From Lophium mytilinum (Eukaryota), in the NCBI GenBank assembly GCA_010093605.1, contig MU004186.1, forward strand, positions 1,158,616 to 1,222,615: a stretch of DNA of 64,000 nt. Reading direction: 5' to 3'. Each line of letters opens with the position of its first letter. Position 1 is the first letter of the stretch. Both the position numbers and the translations under genes were made by a program. The notes under the pieces were generated by a model. It saw nothing but the letters and a program-made list of their open reading frames with translations, had not been told where the DNA came from and made no database searches. Below are positions 62,999 through 64,000 of the stretch, one piece after another.

Positions 62999-63499
62999 TG
63001 TAAGGAATACAGCTATTAAGTATATGCACATCTCTAGCGTGCACGTACCGGCTAGTATATGCGCACCCTATATAGTTCTATTATAAAGAGCCTTATACTT
63101 AATATACTTTATAATATAAACTTATCTTTAATAACTTAATGCGCCTATACTCTATATCTATATAGCACGCTTACGTCCCTTATAATTAGTAGCTAATTAG
63201 GCTAATTTAACTTCTCTAGCAATAAACGCCCCTATTTTTCTCTTTTTAATACTCTTATCCGCAATAACTAGATACTTATCTTAGTTGCTTTTCTAACGTT
63301 AACGTACTCTATGCTAACGCCTAACCTCTCTCTCTCTCTCTCTCTCCCCTATCTCTCTCTCTCTTTCTCTCTCTTTCTAGTCTTTTTCTTTCTCTCCTAT
63401 ATAGAAGTTATAGATATAAAGATATTTTTATACTTATAACGCTATTATTAGTAATACTATAAGTTACTTCTATATCTAATAGTAGTAGTATTACTTACA
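62999..63499. mobile_element. LTR of a second retroelement nested in the Gypsy pol gene
   Basis: The pol frame stops abruptly at TGTAAGGAATA (62999), and a near-perfect inverted terminus TATTACTTACA ends at 63499. Contains a CT-rich microsatellite at ~63326-63395. Confidence 0.7.
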
Positions 63500-64000
63500 G
63501 TAGAGCAGCTGCTATTAAATCTTAGTTAGAAGCGTAGAGCTGTTAGCAACTAGGTTAGAATAGTAAGAGATAATAATATATTAATAAAATACTATCTCCT
63601 ACTTACTCTTCTATATCTACTTATCTACCTCTATTCTATACTACTATAATATCTGCCTTATAGATAGCTATAAATTAGATATTATTAGCTAGCTATAACC
63701 TTAGGTAAATTAAGTACTAATACCCGGCCTAATTTTTAGGTAATTCTATTAACTCTATATATATAACCCTCTATTTTAGAGCACGCTCTAGAAAGGCCTA
63801 TTCTATAGCTAACTACGGGTTTATAGTACGCCTTAACTAGTATAAGATATAATTAGCTACATTTCTATATCTAAAGTATAGTTATCTACGCCTAAGAAAC
63901 TATAACTATATAGTTATAGCTAATTAGAACAGCCCTAACTCTATATAATAGTAAAGAATATAGCTATATATATAGCTAGATTATTCTAATATAGCTATAT

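Larger units (their letters stand above)
53700..64000. repeat. AT-rich RIP-mutated transposon block
   Basis: Abrupt fall in GC, saturation with TpA, near absence of CpA/TpG while CpG runs persist, and no ORF of 60 aa or more in the track. Confidence 0.95.

Overview
Filamentous ascomycete (Pezizomycotina; Dothideomycete-like is my impression only) nuclear DNA in two compartments. Bases 1 to ~53,650 are gene-dense, with 18 intact intron-containing or single-exon genes. These include a Ser/Thr kinase, TMEM184/OST-alpha, an Atg38-like MIT protein, a GRAM/VASt sterol transfer protein, a ZIP transporter, HAT1, STE14, a sugar O-acetyltransferase, TTI1, PDS5, a fungal TF-like protein, a GH45-like protein, a PTH11-like membrane protein, a Gly-rich hydrophilin, CWC15 and RRP45. 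A HET-domain gene looks disabled. From ~53,650 to the end is an AT-rich, RIP-mutated block of nested transposon relics (a DD34E Tc1-like transposase, a Ty3/Gypsy element interrupted by a second LTR, and a long palindrome), with a 19-N gap. The most unusual element is a non-genic stretch at ~5.8-8.4 kb. It holds five degenerate arrays of ~47-bp units (ATGG..GTGGG..G-rich..GCAAAA plus a variable spacer) in alternating orientation, each led by a related TATA-containing leader. Also notable are a GH45 protein lacking its catalytic acid and carrying a GPI-like tail, and a candidate structured RNA at ~10.9-11.2 kb. Exon boundaries and family assignments were read by eye, with no searches run.
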